NCBI RefSeq assembly: GCF_004010195.1
Contig: NC_057720.1
Location: 31,376,879-31,396,878, forward strand
Direction of reading: 5' to 3'
From: Chiloscyllium plagiosum
Lineage: Eukaryota
DNA length: 20,000 bases
The stretch's first letter is position 1, and each line of letters starts with the position of its first letter. The notes under the pieces were generated by a model. That model made no database searches and was not told the origin of the DNA. It saw only the letters and a program-made list of their open reading frames with translations. Positions 19,660 through 20,000 of the stretch are shown here, in pieces. Made by a program: the position numbers and the translations under genes.

Positions 19660-20000
19660 ATGGCAGTGCTAGCAGTGGAATGTTCCTCCTGCAGGATGTT
19701 TGAGGTCGGGGTGACCACCGATACTCCTGCCGACTTCGTCTGCAGGAAATGCAGTCAGATCCTGATCCTCACCGAACGAGTTAGGGAACTGGAACTGGAA
19801 TTGGATGAGCTGAGGATTATTCGAGAGGCTGAGAGGGTGATTGATAGAAGCTACAGGGACATAGTTACGCCGGAGAACAGAGGTAGCTGGGTAACAGTTA
19901 GAGGTGGGAAGGGGAAGAAGCAGGCAGTGCAGGGTTCCCCTGTGGTCGTTCCCCTAAAAAATAAGTATACAGCTTGGGAAACTGTTGGGGGGGACAGCGT
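19660..20000 (+). CDS. CR1 ORF1 protein, N-terminal part (CxxC...CxxC zinc finger plus leucine zipper), open to the window end
   Basis: ATG at 19660: MAVLAVECSSCRMFEVGVTTDTPADFVCRKCSQILILTERVRELELELDELRIIREAERVIDRSYRDIVTP...WVTVRGGKG...VPLKNKYTAWETVG, with no stop. Absent from the ORF track because it runs off the window. Confidence 0.85.
   Translation, partial: MAVLAVECSSCRMFEVGVTTDTPADFVCRKCSQILILTERVRELELELDELRIIREAERVIDRSYRDIVTPENRGSWVTVRGGKGKKQAVQGSPVVVPLKNKYTAWETVGGDS

Larger units (their letters stand above)
19316..20000 (+). mobile_element. Young CR1 LINE 5' end (5' UTR with tandem repeat plus start of ORF1), inserted in the Gypsy integrase
   Basis: Abrupt switch from AT-rich integrase (...EFEYFRKLNG) to CpG-rich sequence, a duplicated ~87-bp unit, and an intact ORF1 start. 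Confidence 0.85.

Overview
This 20 kb window is vertebrate genomic DNA, most likely from an elasmobranch (shark or ray). That is an inference from the HE1/V-SINE-type SINEs and the CR1, Penelope and Rex1-type repeats. No host protein-coding gene can be supported; it reads as intronic or intergenic DNA, well over half transposon-derived. From left to right it holds: an L1/Tx1 3' end; two Rex1/Babar LINE 3' ends; a palindromic mini-Penelope; several CR1 fragments, including a three-level nest; a 5'-truncated Penelope element spanning a 697-N assembly gap, with a 13-bp target-site duplication (TSD) and a minimal hammerhead ribozyme motif; MITE relics; an L2-like relic; a decayed Gypsy LTR element (5' LTR, primer-binding site, gag, pol) with three nested insertions; and the 5' end of a young, CpG-rich CR1 whose ORF1 is open to the window edge. 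The most notable observations are the Penelope hammerheads, a SINE-unique DNA-SINE cassette inserted cleanly into gag, and a tandem-repeat CR1 5' UTR with a splice donor that can pair in a hairpin. Family names come from motif recognition by eye, not database searches. I see no clear evidence of a wholly new biological system.
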